Assembly: GCA_903813345.2 (NCBI GenBank)
Contig: CAIIXF020000001.1
Coordinates: 930,001-994,000, forward strand
DNA: 64,000 bases
Direction: 5' to 3'
DNA from: Owenia fusiformis
Lineage: Eukaryota
Under the pieces are notes generated by a model. It did no database searches and was not told where the DNA came from. It saw only the letters and a list, made by a program, of their open reading frames with translations. The position numbers and the translations under genes are program-made. Every line of letters begins with the position of its first letter. The first letter of the stretch is position 1. Shown piece after piece: positions 1-15,300 of the stretch.

Positions 1-126
1 GTAACCCTGAATGAAGGATGAGACTAAGAACCTGATTGGTGGGGTAACCCCAAGAAGGATGAGACTAAGAACCTGATTGGTGGGGTACCCCCAAGAAGGA
101 TGAGACTAAGAACCGGATTGGTGGGA
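1..126. repeat. 41-bp tandem repeat, about 3 copies (truncated by the window edge)
   Basis: gaaggatgagactaagaacc recurs at about 13, 54 and 95. Confidence 0.85.
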
Positions 127-208
127 TAATCCCATATTTATCACATTCAGACAAACATGAAATATAAAGATTGACATGCATGCCACATAAATCAGTGCAG
201 TGGCTCAC

Positions 209-373
209 CTGTGTCTTTCTGTTGGATTATTGTTACAGGAGGCACACTTTCCTGTCCATCTCCCTGACCTACTGTCACATTTATAGTCTCTATGTGGACC
301 CCTGTACCACCATTCTTATCAGGGGGCTCTGAGTTGTGAACTGTCGTAATGGGAGGCACTTCTGGTGTGCTTA
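209..373 (-). CDS. PHACTR: PHACTR internal exon (VSTPEVPPITTVHN...QQKDTG)
   Basis: Acceptor tttgttattgcAG, donor AG|GTGAGC; 165 nt, phase 1-1, in frame with the preceding exon. Confidence 0.8.
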
Positions 374-3300
374 CTGCAATAACAAATATAGAGTTCCCAG
401 CTTGGGTGCAAACAACTAACAAAATATACTAGACACAATATTTGATCCCGTTATTCTAATTTTATATTAAGCATCATAAAGCATTTGTTATGAGAGACAA
501 ATTAACTCATACTGCTATATAAACTGTACCTTGATTGTCTTTGGCCTGCGATACAACATCAGCTTCTGTAGTGACAGTTGTCGTTTTGGGTTGAGTGTCA
601 CCCTCAACACTGGGCTCCCCTGCCCCTCCACTCACCCGGGAATCTGCATTGTCTGGAACTGGACCAGCTCCATTCTTCTCTTTGGAAGACTCTGGAAATA
701 TGCAAATACATCAAATATTGTGAAATGAAAGAACATCTTGTACATACAATGTTAAACTGAATCTAAATGTACTTGACTGTTCTGAAGCTTAAAGCACAGC
801 TTTATCTAGTCTTATAAGTTTACCTGAACTCTTATGTTATTTTCATTATGACTTGAATCAATAATCTTTCATATAAACATTGATGATATGCTATTGTTAG
901 CAACAGATACTATCACTTCCCTATATACTGTATGATTATTGAAGTGCTTCATAAAATTAAACACTGAATCATTACTGACTACACTACACTACATGAATTG
1001 CTTGAAGTTCTTTGTATTCTTGGAAGCATTAACACAGAACAGGAACATAAGCAGTGAAATATGTGTGTTGCACTTTATATAATGATTAATACAAAATATA
1101 TTACGGCAAATAAGCTGTACATTAAATTATTGTGTAGGTTAACCTCTGCTTATGAAACAAAGATTTGATTGATAAATAATTAATTTCTCGCAGAAATGCA
1201 CCAGGGGGTCTTTAACAGAACTTTCGTAAAGTTACGAATTCGCAAGTCAATTGTTAATTTTACGAATTTGGTAAATGTGCATTAACAGAACTTTCGTAAA
1301 GTTACGAACGATTCGCAAAGTTACGAAAAAATGACGTCACGTATGCTTTCGTTCGTAACTTTAATAGCACCTCAGACCCTTTCATAACTTTGCGAATGAC
1401 ACATTTCTCATCCAATTCTTATGTAAGGTATACAGGTTGGCAAAAAGAAATTGTTCTCTATACGCATGCTGAGTTTCAAGCTAAAATATCTACCTATTCT
1501 TACATGATAAGCAAATATGTTCCTGAGCTGGGAATCTTTGAAATCGCGGAGACAGGTTTGATCACAGCGCGCAATGATATCAAATGACATCATATTTTTA
1601 TTTGTGCTAAATAATAATATAAGATGACGTCACAATTTGAAATTCGTTTACGAACAATAAAACTTATGAATGACTTACGAAAGTGTTCTGTTAATGGCCG
1701 ATTCGTAACTTTATGAATTCGTAAATCATTCGTAACTTTTTAAATATTTACGAATTTCATAAAGTTACGAATTACGAATTCGTAACTCTGCGAAAGTTCT
1801 GTTAATGACCCCCAGATTAAGATGTTGCAGTTACAACATTTGCTGGCACTATATCAGCTTGACCAGGCACTGAAAGCCATGCAGAGTCTAGAGGGGTAAT
1901 TAGAGGTTGGAATAAGGCAAATCAAGGCCATGTCTGCAAGTGAAGTTTACTGGAGACTGGACAGGTAATCTGTTGAGGCATTAAGAAGCTCCCTAATTGC
2001 ATGTTCTTGTGTATTCTGTCCACCATCATGCAATGAAAGACACTAATGGATTCCTGCCATAAGCAACAAGGCACCCTTTTAAAATGTTTGATTTTGCTTC
2101 TTTGAAAGAGAACTTTGTCTACTTGAAATATACTAGGCTCTTACCCTCTGTCTACTTAATATACTACAAGGCTCTTACCCTCTGTCTACTTAATATACTA
2201 CTAGGCTCTTACCCTCTGTCTACTTAATATACTACTAGGCTCTTACCCACTGTCTCGTTAATATACTACTAGGCTCTTACCCTCTGTCTACTTAATATAC
2301 TACTAGGCTCTTACCCTCTGTCTACTTAATATACTAGGCTCTTACCCTCTGTCTACTTAATATACTAGGCTCTTACCCTCTGTCTATTTAATATACTAGG
2401 CTCTTACCGTCTGTCTACTTAATATACTAGGCTCTTACCCTCTGTCTACTTAATATACTATGCTCTTACCCTCTGTCTACTTAATATACTAGGCTCTTAC
2501 CCTCTGTCTACTTAATATACTAGGCTCTTACCGTCTGTCTACTTAATATACTAGGCTCTTACCCTCGTCATAATATTTATGTAAAAATGCATTTTTGACT
2601 ACAGTTTCTACTCGAATTTTCAAACATCATAACGTCATGCAAATCTATATAAAATTAGTGTTGCGTCCAGCCCTTGTATGTACAGAAGTACATATGTTTG
2701 TTATAGAGAGAATATTGTAAATGTATAGGGGCCTTAATGCAACACTATTTTAAATGACATTGCTTTTTCATTTAAGGAAGTATTTTGTTAATTACTTCAT
2801 TTGCTATTATAATAAGGCATAAACATGTGGATTATCACCACCTGTCATTTGATACAGTGGCCACTTGTGGTGGTAATATAAAACATGTCACTTTTCAGGA
2901 AGGATTTGGAAGAGGGAACAGTAACCACCCCTCCCCTTGCAAAACACATTTGGAACAAGAATATTCAAAATTGCACCTGCTTTTTGTTTTAAGGAAGTAT
3001 TTTGCCAGACATCAATAAATTTTCTAAGCACTACTAGGTTTACACAACTTCATTATACAATGTACAGCCCTAAAGGGTACATGTGCATGGTTTGCAATGT
3101 TCCAGCCCTAAAGGGTACATGTGCATGGTTTGCAATGTTCCAGCCCTAAAGGGTACATGTGCATGGTTTGCAATGTTCCAGCCCTAAAGGGTACATGTGC
3201 ATGGTTTGCAATGTTCCAGCCCTAAAGGATTCATGTACATCTTTTGCAATGGTCAGAATACTTCCACATCACTTTCCAATTCCATCTGAATCTATATTTC

Positions 3301-6300
3301 CATTATCATCAAGACCCATCAAGAAACATATTACAAATGGACTGAATATTGTCTCTATAGTATGATAATGCTTTGTTTTGATAGTAGCATTCTGTGCCAA
3401 GTTGATTTTGAACAGACACTACATTTTATATGGCAAGATCATTAGTTTGACCCTAAAGCCTGTAAATCAGAAATATATACCACGTAATAAACATTTTATT
3501 TCAACTCCACCTTATCTCAAAGACTACAGTGTTTTCCTTTATACAAGAGTAGATCAAACAGTAGTAGAGTTGCTGTACTCCCTTCACAAAATTTAAGACC
3601 ACTAAGATCTTGTTTATTTTGAAAAATAAAAATTTTCAGAACTTGTATAGTAAATAATTGAATGATACATGATTGGTCAAAAAATAAGAGACTGGAATGT
3701 TAGAAGTAAAAAAGAGTAATTTACATTGAACATTCTCTGCACTATATTTACACAGCCTGTGGGTTACTTAGTCTTGTATCAAGTCAATGTCTTTTTGCAC
3801 TATATTTACACAGCCTGTGGGTTACTTAGTCTTGTATCAAGTCAATGTCTCTGCACTATATTTACACAGCCTGTGGGTTACTTAGTCTTGTATCAAGTCA
3901 ATGTCTTTTCTCACTATATTTACATTTTACACAGCCTGTGGGTTACTTAGTCTTGTATCAAGTCAATGTCTTTTTGCACTATATTTACACAGCCTGTGGG
4001 TTATTAAGTCTTGTATCAAGTCAATGTCTTTTCACACTTTATTTACACAGCCTGTGGGTTACTTAGTCTTTTATCGAGTCAATGTCTTTTCGCACTATAT
4101 TTACACAGCCTGTGGGTTACTTAGTCTTGTATCAAGTCAATGTCTTTTCGCACTATATTTACACAGCCTGTGGGTTACTTAGTCTTGTATCAAGTCAATG
4201 ACTTTTTGCACTATATTTACACAGCCTGTGGGTTACTTAGTCTTGTATCAAGTCAATGTCTTTTCGCACTATATTTACACAGCCTGTGGGTTACTAAGTC
4301 TTGTATCAAGTCAATGTCTTTTCGCACTATATTTACACAGCCTGTCTTTTCGCACTATATTTACACAGCCTGTGGGTTACCAAGTCTTGTATCAAGTCAA
4401 TGTCTTTTCACACTATATTTACACAGCCTGTGGGTTACTTAGTCTTGTATCAAGTCAATGTCTTTTCGCACTATATTTACACAGCCTGTGGGTTACCAAG
4501 TCTTGTATCAAGTCAATGTCTTTTCACACTATATTTACACAGCCTGTGGGTTACTTAGTCTTGTATCAAGTCAATGTCTTTTCGCACTATATTTACACAG
4601 CCTGTGGGTTACCAAGTCTTGTATCAAGTCAATGTCTTTTCGCACTATATTTACACAGCCTGTGGGTTACCAAGTCTTGTATCAAGTCAATGTCTTTTCA
4701 CACTATATTTACACAGCCTGTGGGTTACTTAGTCTTGTATCAAGTCAATGTCTTTTCGCACTATATTTACACAGCCTGTGGGTTACCAAGTCTTGTATCA
4801 AGTCAATGTCTTTTCGCACTATATTTACACAGCCTGTGGGTTACCAAGTCTTGTATGAAGTCAATGTCTTTTCGCACTATATTTACACAGCATGTGGGTT
4901 ACTAAGTCTTGTATCAAGTCAATGTCTTTTCGTACTATATTTACACAGCCTGTGGGTTACCAAGTCTTGTATCAAGTCAATGTCTTTTCACACTATATTT
5001 ACACAGCCTGTGGGTTACTTAGTCTTGTATCAAGTCAATGTCTCCGCACTATATTTACACAGCCTGTGGGTTACTAAGTCTTGTATCAAGTCAATGTCTT
5101 TTCGCACTATATTTACACAGCCTGTGGGTTACTAAGTCTTGTATCAAGTCAATGTCTTTTCACACTATATTTACACAGCCTGTGGGTTACCAAGTTTTGT
5201 ATCAAGTCAATGTCTTTTCGCACTATATTTACACAGCCTGTGGGTTACTTAGTCTTGTATCAAGTCAATGTCTCCGCACTATATTTACACAGCCTGTGGG
5301 TTACTAAGTCTTGTATCAAGTCAATGTCTTTTCGCACTATATTTACACAGCCTGTGGGTTACTAAGTCTTGTATCAAGTCAATGTCTTTTCACACTATAT
5401 TTACACAGCCTGTGGGTTACCAAGTTTTGTATCAAGTCAATGTCTTTTCGCACTATATTTACACAGCCTGTGGGTTACTTAGTCTTGTATCAAGTCAATG
5501 TCTCCGCACTATATTTACACAGCCTGTGGGTTACCAAGTCTTGTATCAAGTCAATGTCTTTACGCACAAATTTACACAGCCTGTGGGTTACTAAGTCTTG
5601 TATCAAGTCAATGTCTTTTTGCACTATATTTACACAGCCTATGGGTTACTTAGTCTTGTATCAAGTCAATGTCTCTGCACTATATTTACACAGCCTGTGG
5701 GTTACTAAGTCTTGTATCAAGTCAATGTCTTTTCACACTATATTTACACAGCCTGTGGGTTACCAAGTTTTGTATCAAGTCAATGTCTTTTCGCACTATA
5801 TTTACACAGCCTATGGGTTACTTAGTCTTGTATCAAGTCAATGTCTCTGCACTATATTTACACAGCTTGTGGGTTACTAAGTCTTGTATCAAGTCAATGT
5901 CTTTTCACACTATATTTACACAGCCTGTGGGTTACTAAGTCTTGTATCAAGTCAATGTCTTTTCGCACTATATTTACACAGCCTGTGGGTTACTTAGTCT
6001 TGTATCAAGTCAATGTCTTTTCGCACTATATTTACACAGCCTGTGGGTTACCTAGTCTTGTATCAAGTCAATGTCTTTTCGCACTTTATTTACACAGCCT
6101 GTGGGTCACTTGTCTTTTGGGGCATGTAAGAATAATCAAAGAACCAAGCACCAGTAGTGGGAGATTGGATACCAAAGTGTATAATTCTCAGTTTTAGTGA
6201 GAGGGTTGCACTTTAGACTAGAGTCAGAGTAAGTTATATCACATTCTTTCATATAGCGGAAGATAATCCTACATTACTGCCCCTGATTCATCTTCCACAA

Positions 6301-9300
6301 ATTTCTGTATATGAATGTAAGAATGTGGACTGATCATGGTAAGCATTTCTATATATCAAAGCAAACATCCATTGCCCTAGTGATCACTTTCATCTAGTAC
6401 TGTAGTAGCCTCTCTGTTTATTTTGGACACCATTCTCTTGTGAGCACCTTTCTGATTGAAATGAGCAGCTTTCTCAGGTGTACATATTCTTGAGTAAACA
6501 GCTTTCTATAGTGAACAGCTTTCTCTAGTGAACACTTTTTTCTTCAATATACATCTTTCACAAAGTAACCCAATAAAAGTCCCAATTCTTTAATTAATAG
6601 CTTTTTCCAGTAGACACATTTCCTAAAGTTAACTCTGATTAACACCTTAACTTTTGAGGAAGATTTGAGATTTTTATCACAGCTTTTCTTGGGAATCAAA
6701 GATCTAGGGCAGCATAAGGATCTGGTGTTATGTTTAGAAGACTAACAAGATGACATGTTATATTTAGAACTTAACAAGATGACACGTTATGTTTAGAACA
6801 CTAACTAGATGACCAATGTTACCCTAAATGACCAAAGATTGGTTGAAATATAATTGTAATTAATCACTCCCAGGCAACATTGATTCATTGCTAGTAGGAC
6901 TCCTCTCCTGTCCAACCACACACTACTGACATTCCTAGCCTCACATTCTGAATTCAGTCAGTGAGATCCAATCAACAAGAGCTGCATGTATATTGTCGAT
7001 AAGCCACTATCAGGTCAGGACATAGTTGATAATTGCCAGATTTAATAGCCACGTCTGGCAATGATTAAATATGAATTATGATCACAGAGAGATTCAACAT
7101 AAAACAACATAGGGCTGGATTGTTCATGAGCTTGGATGCACTAGTTTATACATGTTGCTGTAGTTTGTTGTTTACAAATAACTTAATCATTATTCATTAT
7201 TTGTGAAAGTAAAGCCACCTTACCCTGCTCATCCCTGGCAGTGCTCTTATTCACACAGCAACCCATGATGTCTCACATTTATATACAACTTCTACATTTA
7301 TATTTCCAGTGTAGTATTATCACCAAACATAAATCGCCACATGTATATTAAAGTCTGCCAAGTTACTGTGTATTAGCAGAGCATCTACTTCATCTAACTC
7401 TGTTCCAACTGTTCATTTACAAAGGTCAATTTTAACATTCCAACCTCATACCCCTTCAGTGGTAAGTTAACTTATCAACTTAGCAAGTAAAATAGCATAT
7501 ACATATTGGACTCACTTAATCTAGGGGGTGTTAGCTTGGGATTTTGGTCATGAATGTTTAACTAATCTACTGTGTAAATATACTGAAGTAAGATGACACA
7601 CTTGGTGTATATCATAAACTTCACACACTCATACTTTAAATGCATGATATTCACTGTACATTAATGTTTCACTGATTGTTGTCAATTCGATTAAATGTAA
7701 AACTGTTACAAATCAATGAAACTATATGCATACTTCAGGTTCAGTAAAGGACACACAAAAGACTATACACACATACATAGTACATACATACTATTAAGTT
7801 TTTTAATAAATGAACTATGTATGAAATGGAATATAGCTTTAGAAACAAATTAAAGTTAAAATATGAATCAAATACAATAAGGTTAAAATACATGCAATAC
7901 AATACATGCAATATAATAATGTACAGTATAAAGACATGCAGTACAATTCATGCAGTACAATACATGCAATACAATTCATGCAGTACAATACATGCAATAC
8001 AATGCATGCAATATAAAACTATTACATATGTAAAATACATGCAGTACAAAATATGCAATACAATACATGCAGTTCAATGCATGTTGTACAATACATGCAG
8101 AATGATTAGTATACAAGGACATGAACACTTCATCTACAACTTCATGTTCTTTGAATTGAGCAAATTGTCAAAAGCACACATTAATCCCAAATAGAATGAA
8201 TGAAGTGAACTGACCCTCTAGGTTCAGTAATCAATCAGTGGGGTGTCACTTTACTCTCACAGCATGTATTTGACCCATTTACTTATTAGTGATTTTAGTA
8301 AAAGTGTGCAGAGAGTACTAGTAAGTCTTAACAAGAGAATGGCAAGTCTACAGAGGAGCAAGTCCCAATGAATAATATATTCTTTCCTAAACATGAGGTA
8401 TGAATCAAAGAGACAAATAATGTTTGAAATATGCTCAAAATACATTTTATTCAAGACTGTACTTCAGAGATCTCAGCATTTATGAAAATTCCAGTCTTTA
8501 GGTGGCCACTTTGGATTGTATGAGGCACAATTAATCAAGGCATTAATATGACAAAATATCACCAACTCGTTGCTCACAATATTATGAGTTCAACTGATTG
8601 CGGATGATCTTGAAAAAATTTGTCGATTTGAAGCAAGTTGAAAAATACCTTTTTGACCTTGAGAAGGTCATTGAAGGTCAAATCTCATATCTAAAGTCAG
8701 ATTTCAACTTCTGACAACTTGTAGATGATTTTGAATAAAAGTGGTCAATTTGACACCTTTTTAACCTGTTTTACCTTGAGAAGGCCATTGAAGGTCAAGT
8801 CTTGAATCTAAAAATCAGATTTGAACTTCTGAGAACTTGTGGATGATTTTGAAAAAAAGTTGAAAGTTGAAAAAATACCTTTTTGACTTTTTGTAACCTT
8901 GACAAGGTCATTGAAGGTCAAATCGTAAGTCAGATTTAAACTTCTGAGAACTTGCGTCATGCAGTAATATTAATTTCTTTGATTAAATACATGTATTTAA
9001 AATAATTAAAATATTATATTCTTTAAGTAGAAGCCATTTTGAAGACATTTTTTGTAAATACTAACCATTTATACTTCTTTCCACCAAATATCAAGAAATT
9101 GGGTTATGTTATTGAGTTATGCTCTGGATAGATAGACTGATGGATATAAGGCTTCACTATTATCCCTATGAAACTTTATTCATTGGGATAATAACCACAG
9201 TCATGCAGGTCAATCGAAGGTTTCTATGTTTATCAATGATCATCAGGGGCATTATACAGGGTGCTCCTAAAAGTCATTCACACATCTCTTGAGTCAGCCC

Positions 9301-12300
9301 ATACATGTTAATATAAGGGAGTGTAGGGAGTGCAGTGTGCAGCATTGAGGGGTCTCACCTGTATAAGATAACACTTCACCGGCAGTTAGTGTGTGCGTGC
9401 AGTCGGGTTCAGGTTCCTTAAGGACACCTCGTTTAATAAGTTCTTCTCTACTGGTGCGAACAGAGATTTTACGTTCTAAATCTACAATAGAGGGACAGAC
9501 TTGGAACAACATGGTCAGGGGAAGACAGGGTGTTACATAAGTACAAGTAGCCACTTGATTTCAACTTGGCCAGATTATTTTGAAGCCTCAATTTTGGGCT
9601 AACTGAAGTAGCTTCAACCTTAACCACCTGATTTCCAGCATGTAGGAAAACAGGTGGTTTGAACTGAAATTTTGACCATAATAGATTTGCACTGCTTATG
9701 ACACACCCTGGTTATGGGAGCTTACATTAAGAGAGCTATGTATTACAATAGTAAGATTATGTGACCAAGTACACCTATAAAGGGACCTGAGAAAAAAGGA
9801 AAAAGTTTTATTTGGCAGAAACAGTGGTGCATTTCCATTTATCAATTTGATCAAACCCATTCCTTGTTAAAACAGATGTAGAATTTGATGAACAAGGATG
9901 CAAATGGGATTTTGAGTCAAATGTGAACTAATAATTGTAAGAATTTTGACCAGAAATTCCTGTATAAATAAGAAGCCAATAAAGAAGAATAAAACCCTCT
10001 GAATAAGAGAAAAATATAACAGCCTTAATATGAAAAATACCATCTTCCATCTACAAACAACCAGGAAACATAAAGAAACATATAAAAGACAAACACAGAT
10101 AAGGTGATAAACTTATCACACTGTGAAATAAAATTTGGAACAAATGATAATATTGTTGTTGATAATTGGTAACCATAGTGACAAATTCCTATCTGATAAT
10201 AGTAATACACAAAAGAAAGTTATCAAAAATACCACGAGACCAGAAACAATCATTATGGTATTATGAGTTGTTATTGTAGTGTATGTAGTAAAAATATTAT
10301 TATTGAGTTGTGATATTATCATTTTGGCAATTGAATTGCCATGGCAATATCTCTGCATGTTTTGTACATTCATTATTGATTACTTGAGCTTTATCGAAGT
10401 AGCTTGTATAAAGCTATTTTGGCAATCAATTTCCATATATGGATATGTATATATACATAATACATGTATGCGGTTGTATAGCACCTTTTGATTGGGTGCG
10501 GGTGGAGCCGCCGGGTGTGCAGATCTTGGTGGTAGTAGCAAATATTCAAACTGTTAACCTTCAATCAAACAATCAACAAGTGAAAAGAAGATGTCCATTC
10601 CATCAGATATAATCACATGTTGAAAGAACAAGACACAGAGTGATAAATATTACACTTTTAGAGGCAAAATGACCACCATATATGTTATCCAGGACACCCA
10701 AAACCCAATCAGATCTTGACGCTGCTATGTTTTTTCTGTAAAATTCAAGTCAACACACAAGCAGTTTTCCTGGTATTTTGATGAGGTTTATGTGGCACAA
10801 AAAAGATGACAATAAAAATATAACAACATCAGCATGACTGGCACATGACTGTCTGATAATGAACCATATGCTATAAAGATAGGTAAATAGATGGCAGCAC
10901 ATGTGTTGAGAGGGCCAGAATATCTTTCATAATATACAGACAACTGGCAAAAGGTCACTTAATTTATTGATTTATCAAGTATTTCCATTTGGATAAACTT
11001 AAAACACCATTGGAATATAACTTTATTAAATTGTTGATATGCAGATTGTGATCAAAATTGTGATGCCTAAAAGAGTTAATGAACTTGGTGCTCTCCCCAG
11101 GCTTTTTTCTTAGGTGGGTGCAAAATTCTCATTTTCACAATTCAGACAAAAATTGGTCGTAATATGCCAATTTTTATGAATTTTCTCATTTTCAAGTAGG
11201 TGCAAATGGATTTTCAAGTGGGTGCAAGCCTATTTTCAAAATCTCAAGTGGAAGGTGCACCCACTTGCTTTAATACTGGGGAGATCACTGGAACTTGCAA
11301 AGATTTTTAAAATGTAAATTGTGTCAAGTGGCATTTTTTCTGAAAACTCAAAAATCCTGGAAATTTGGATAAAGGTAGACAGGTGCAAATCAAGGTTGTT
11401 TTAATAAAAAATTACTCACAAAATACAGATATGTCATCAAAAAGAAGAAAATGATTGTCTTTGCTTAAAAATGCAGATCTCCTAAAATCTCATGAATACT
11501 AGACTTCAGCGAGATTTCAAAGCTATTTACCAAACCTTCTACTGCCACGAGTGCTTGGCCTTGTCCACTATACAAGTTAAGTTATATTAACGAACACACT
11601 CAGGCTTTCCATCACTGAGCCATGTTGTATGAACAACAAGATCCTTTAAGAATAGGAATACACCATATACTTAGCAGCAAGTTAGCCATTTTACAAGGAT
11701 GAAATGCTACCATGGTTACTAACACTACCTTGGTGATGTTACCCTGGTTACTCAATACAATCAGAAGAATTGTTATCAACCAAGGAACAAGGAAAACCTC
11801 TAAATACAAAATTTCATACTCTAGTTAGATCAATCAACTACTTTATATTATATACTGTTAGTGTACAAAATGCTACATTAAACCAAGACAAAGACAGAAA
11901 TCAAACAAGAACAAGTTACATTTAAAACTATACTATTAAAAAATGTTGAACATACCAACTGCAGTTTTTTCTATTTTATCACTTTTCTTTTTTCGCCTCC
12001 ATTTCCATGGTTTAAATAAATTCCTTAAATTGTATAATTTTCCTTTGTGTTCTTTCTGTTGCCCAGATGCCTTCATATTATCAATAGAACTGGACCTAGT
12101 AGCGCCATTCTGTTTCTCTTTTTCTGAAAATACAAATTTTACATATTTCACAAGAATCAATATAAATCAAAAGCATTAAATCAAATGCTATCAATGATCT
12201 CCAGGTTGTACATTGTGCCATTAACTAGCGCAGTTGGAGCATCAAATCCCATCAAAACTTCATCTTCTTTTATCTCAGCTTTTCATAATGAAAAATGAAA

Positions 12301-15300
12301 AAACTGATTTGTAATAATGTAATATAATACAATATGTATGGCTCTCCCGTTTGTTTCAAATTAGATTGTATTAACTGATCATTAAAACTTAGTGCCTCTG
12401 CATGAAGGATGCTTGACCAATCATACCTAGCAACATTCAGAAGATAATACTCTCAGATTTACTTTTATTTATTATCTTTTTATTTATTTCCGAATTACTT
12501 TCTGACAATTCCTTAAATGTTCAACAAATGGTTGAGAGACGTTAATTCAAAATTGTCAAATATTCAGTTGTTTGGTACATACTGAATCACATACTACTTG
12601 TAATTAACATACATATACATATTCTGTGATGTGGCATTCATTTATACTGTAACATCTGCCATTAGGTTAATTCCAGTTAAAATGCATTCAACCTACTCAA
12701 TTCAACATTTTCTAAAGCAATGCATTTATTCTATCAAAATATAACATAATACAACACTGATAAGTAGAGAAGCAAGGTGATTATATAGAATATGTGTAAA
12801 AAGTATGAAATATACATTCATGACAGAAAAACATTGTTGCCTCTTACTACCCATCCACCAAGCTGACGACAATATCGCACCTTTTTTAGGTACAATGAAT
12901 ATGAAATGCATTCATGACAGAAAAAAATTTTTGCATCTAATTAATTTGTTTTGAGTTTAAGTACTCTGCCAAATTCAGTTCATGTGGATCACATAATGAG
13001 ATGTACTTACTTAGCAACTTCATGTGTAAGATGAAAGAACCACAACAGTTTCCATGACAACAAAACACTATAATCATATACAATAGCAACATGCCAGGGA
13101 TCTCACATACACATGATACAGAACAACTATACATTTAGATGAAAAATGTACTTTTACAGAACAACAATAAAAAATGATACTGATACACAGAATGCATGCA
13201 CTAATACAGGATTTAAGCATGGCTCCATGTGTTCTAGATAATGCAAATGCAGTAGTTTCTTGGAAGCGGCCTTTATTTTAGTCAATTGATAATCTATATT
13301 TACTTACACAAAGGATTATATTCCCATTTTAGAAATCTAACACAAATGTGAAATTTCTATTTTTTGGCAAATTCACATAAAATTTTCATTAATTGATATG
13401 TTCAGTAAATGGAGGTCTCCTCTATCCATATAGCATAAGACAACCAAAAACAACTCAAATGTGAGACTCGAAAAGGTGGGACTGAGAAAGTTATATTTGA
13501 AACTTTTCCAACAACTAATGACTACATGTACTCATTACTGTTCCAGAGTTCCCAATCTCAGAAGTGATGCCAAAACTCCTCAATTAAAATACATTTAAAA
13601 TGAACCATAAATTTGGACAATTAAACATGAGTGTAGATACAGGACTCTGTTTATTCATTATTCCAGAAATATTTATATCAGAATGAATGCCAATAAAGAT
13701 AGAGGTCGGGTCAAATGAGGCATTACTCAATGTGGATTTTCCAAAGGTCAGGATGGTTTAGGCAAATATTGATTGATTTATGTAACAAATTCCTCAGCAT
13801 TTTTCTACTCAGGTATTCTTCCAATAAAGTCATAATCGTGTATTTTGGCCAAAATTGGTCAACAATGCTTAATTATAACCAACAGTTATAAGTGCAATCC
13901 CCTTTTGAAAATGTCAAGTGAATGCAGTGCCCACTTACTGGTGAGACCAAGTGCCTTTGCATTTTACCAATTTTCCTGATTAATATGGTGTGACAATATT
14001 GGATTGAAAGTTCCTATATATAATTAGACTCCAGATTGAAAATCTGGAGTCTATTGTTTTTGCCTGTTTTCTTATTAGACTCCAGATTGAAAATCTGGAG
14101 TCTATTGTTTTTGCCTGTTTTCTTATTATTATTATTCTTTTTTCTTCCTCCTTACCAAATTTCTCGTCAACTATAACAGCTTACTTAATCCAACTTACAT
14201 GGTTAACTTAAGACTGTATCCGGCTTTCTGGGAAATTAGGTCAAATTTTCATCTAGGTCAAAGGTCAAGAACTAGGTCAAATCCAGTACTTTGTCACTTT
14301 TTCCCATTTTCTCGGTCGTCCTTCAATATTTTTGATCCTGGTTTTTTTCATTGTGTTCCTCATAAAAAAGTAGAAAACCTAGGGTCGATTTAGTTTTTTG
14401 GTATCTCAAACCGATTTCGAGATATCAGTGTCCGAAAACTAGGTCCAAAAAATATTTCTCCGAATCCAATGTCCAGGATATCAGTCTTATAGGAAATTTT
14501 CTCAGGATTCCGAATCTGAAAACAAAATTTCGATCTGACTTCCGGTTCAGAAGTTATGGCGTTTTGAAAATTCAAAAATCGCTAAATTTGGTGCCCCATG
14601 TTAATTCAATGGGAAAAAATATTTTTTTGAAGTGTAAAATACGAGATATAGACTTAGCACAGCTAAACATAATGGAAGCCCATAAAAGAAAGGGACCACA
14701 AGACCTTGTTTTCATAAAAATTTGGACACCAAAATGCCTAGGTCAAAATCTAGGTCAAATTCAAAGTTTTTTTTTATTTTTGCGATTCTGACACTACATA
14801 TTAATTATATTCTTCGAAATTTTGTATACATGTAGCCAAGAGTGTGCTAATAGTGTTAGCCTTTTGCCGTCAGAAAGTATTTTGACCCACTTTTGAGATA
14901 TGGTGTCCGAAAAGTAGGTCAAACTAAAAAGTTCTCCAAATTTAACGTATGAGTTATGAATTAAGAGTAGATTTTTCTCAGGAATCCAAATCTGCAAACC
15001 AAATTTCAATCCGACTGCCGGTTCGGAAGTTATGTCGTTTTGAAAGCTCAAAAATCGCTAAATTTGGTGCCCCATGTTATGGCAATGGGAAAAAAGATTT
15101 CTTTGAAGTGTAAAATACGAGATAAAGACTGAGTACAGCTTCACATAATGAAAGCCTATAAAAGAAAGGGACCTCAAAAGCTAGCTAGCTTCACAATTTG
15201 GTCACCAAAATGACTGGGTCAAAATCTAGGTCAAATTTATAGTTTTAACTTATTTTTGCGATTCTGACACTACACTTTAATTATTTGCTTCAAAATTTTG

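Noticed and set aside
3726-6197. Many overlapping ORFs up to 235 aa; CRISPR-like regularity
   Set aside because: These are products of a 58-bp tandem satellite, with no unique spacers and no cas genes, in a eukaryotic context.
7817-8194. 125-aa ORF
   Set aside because: Translation of a degenerate short tandem repeat in an intron.
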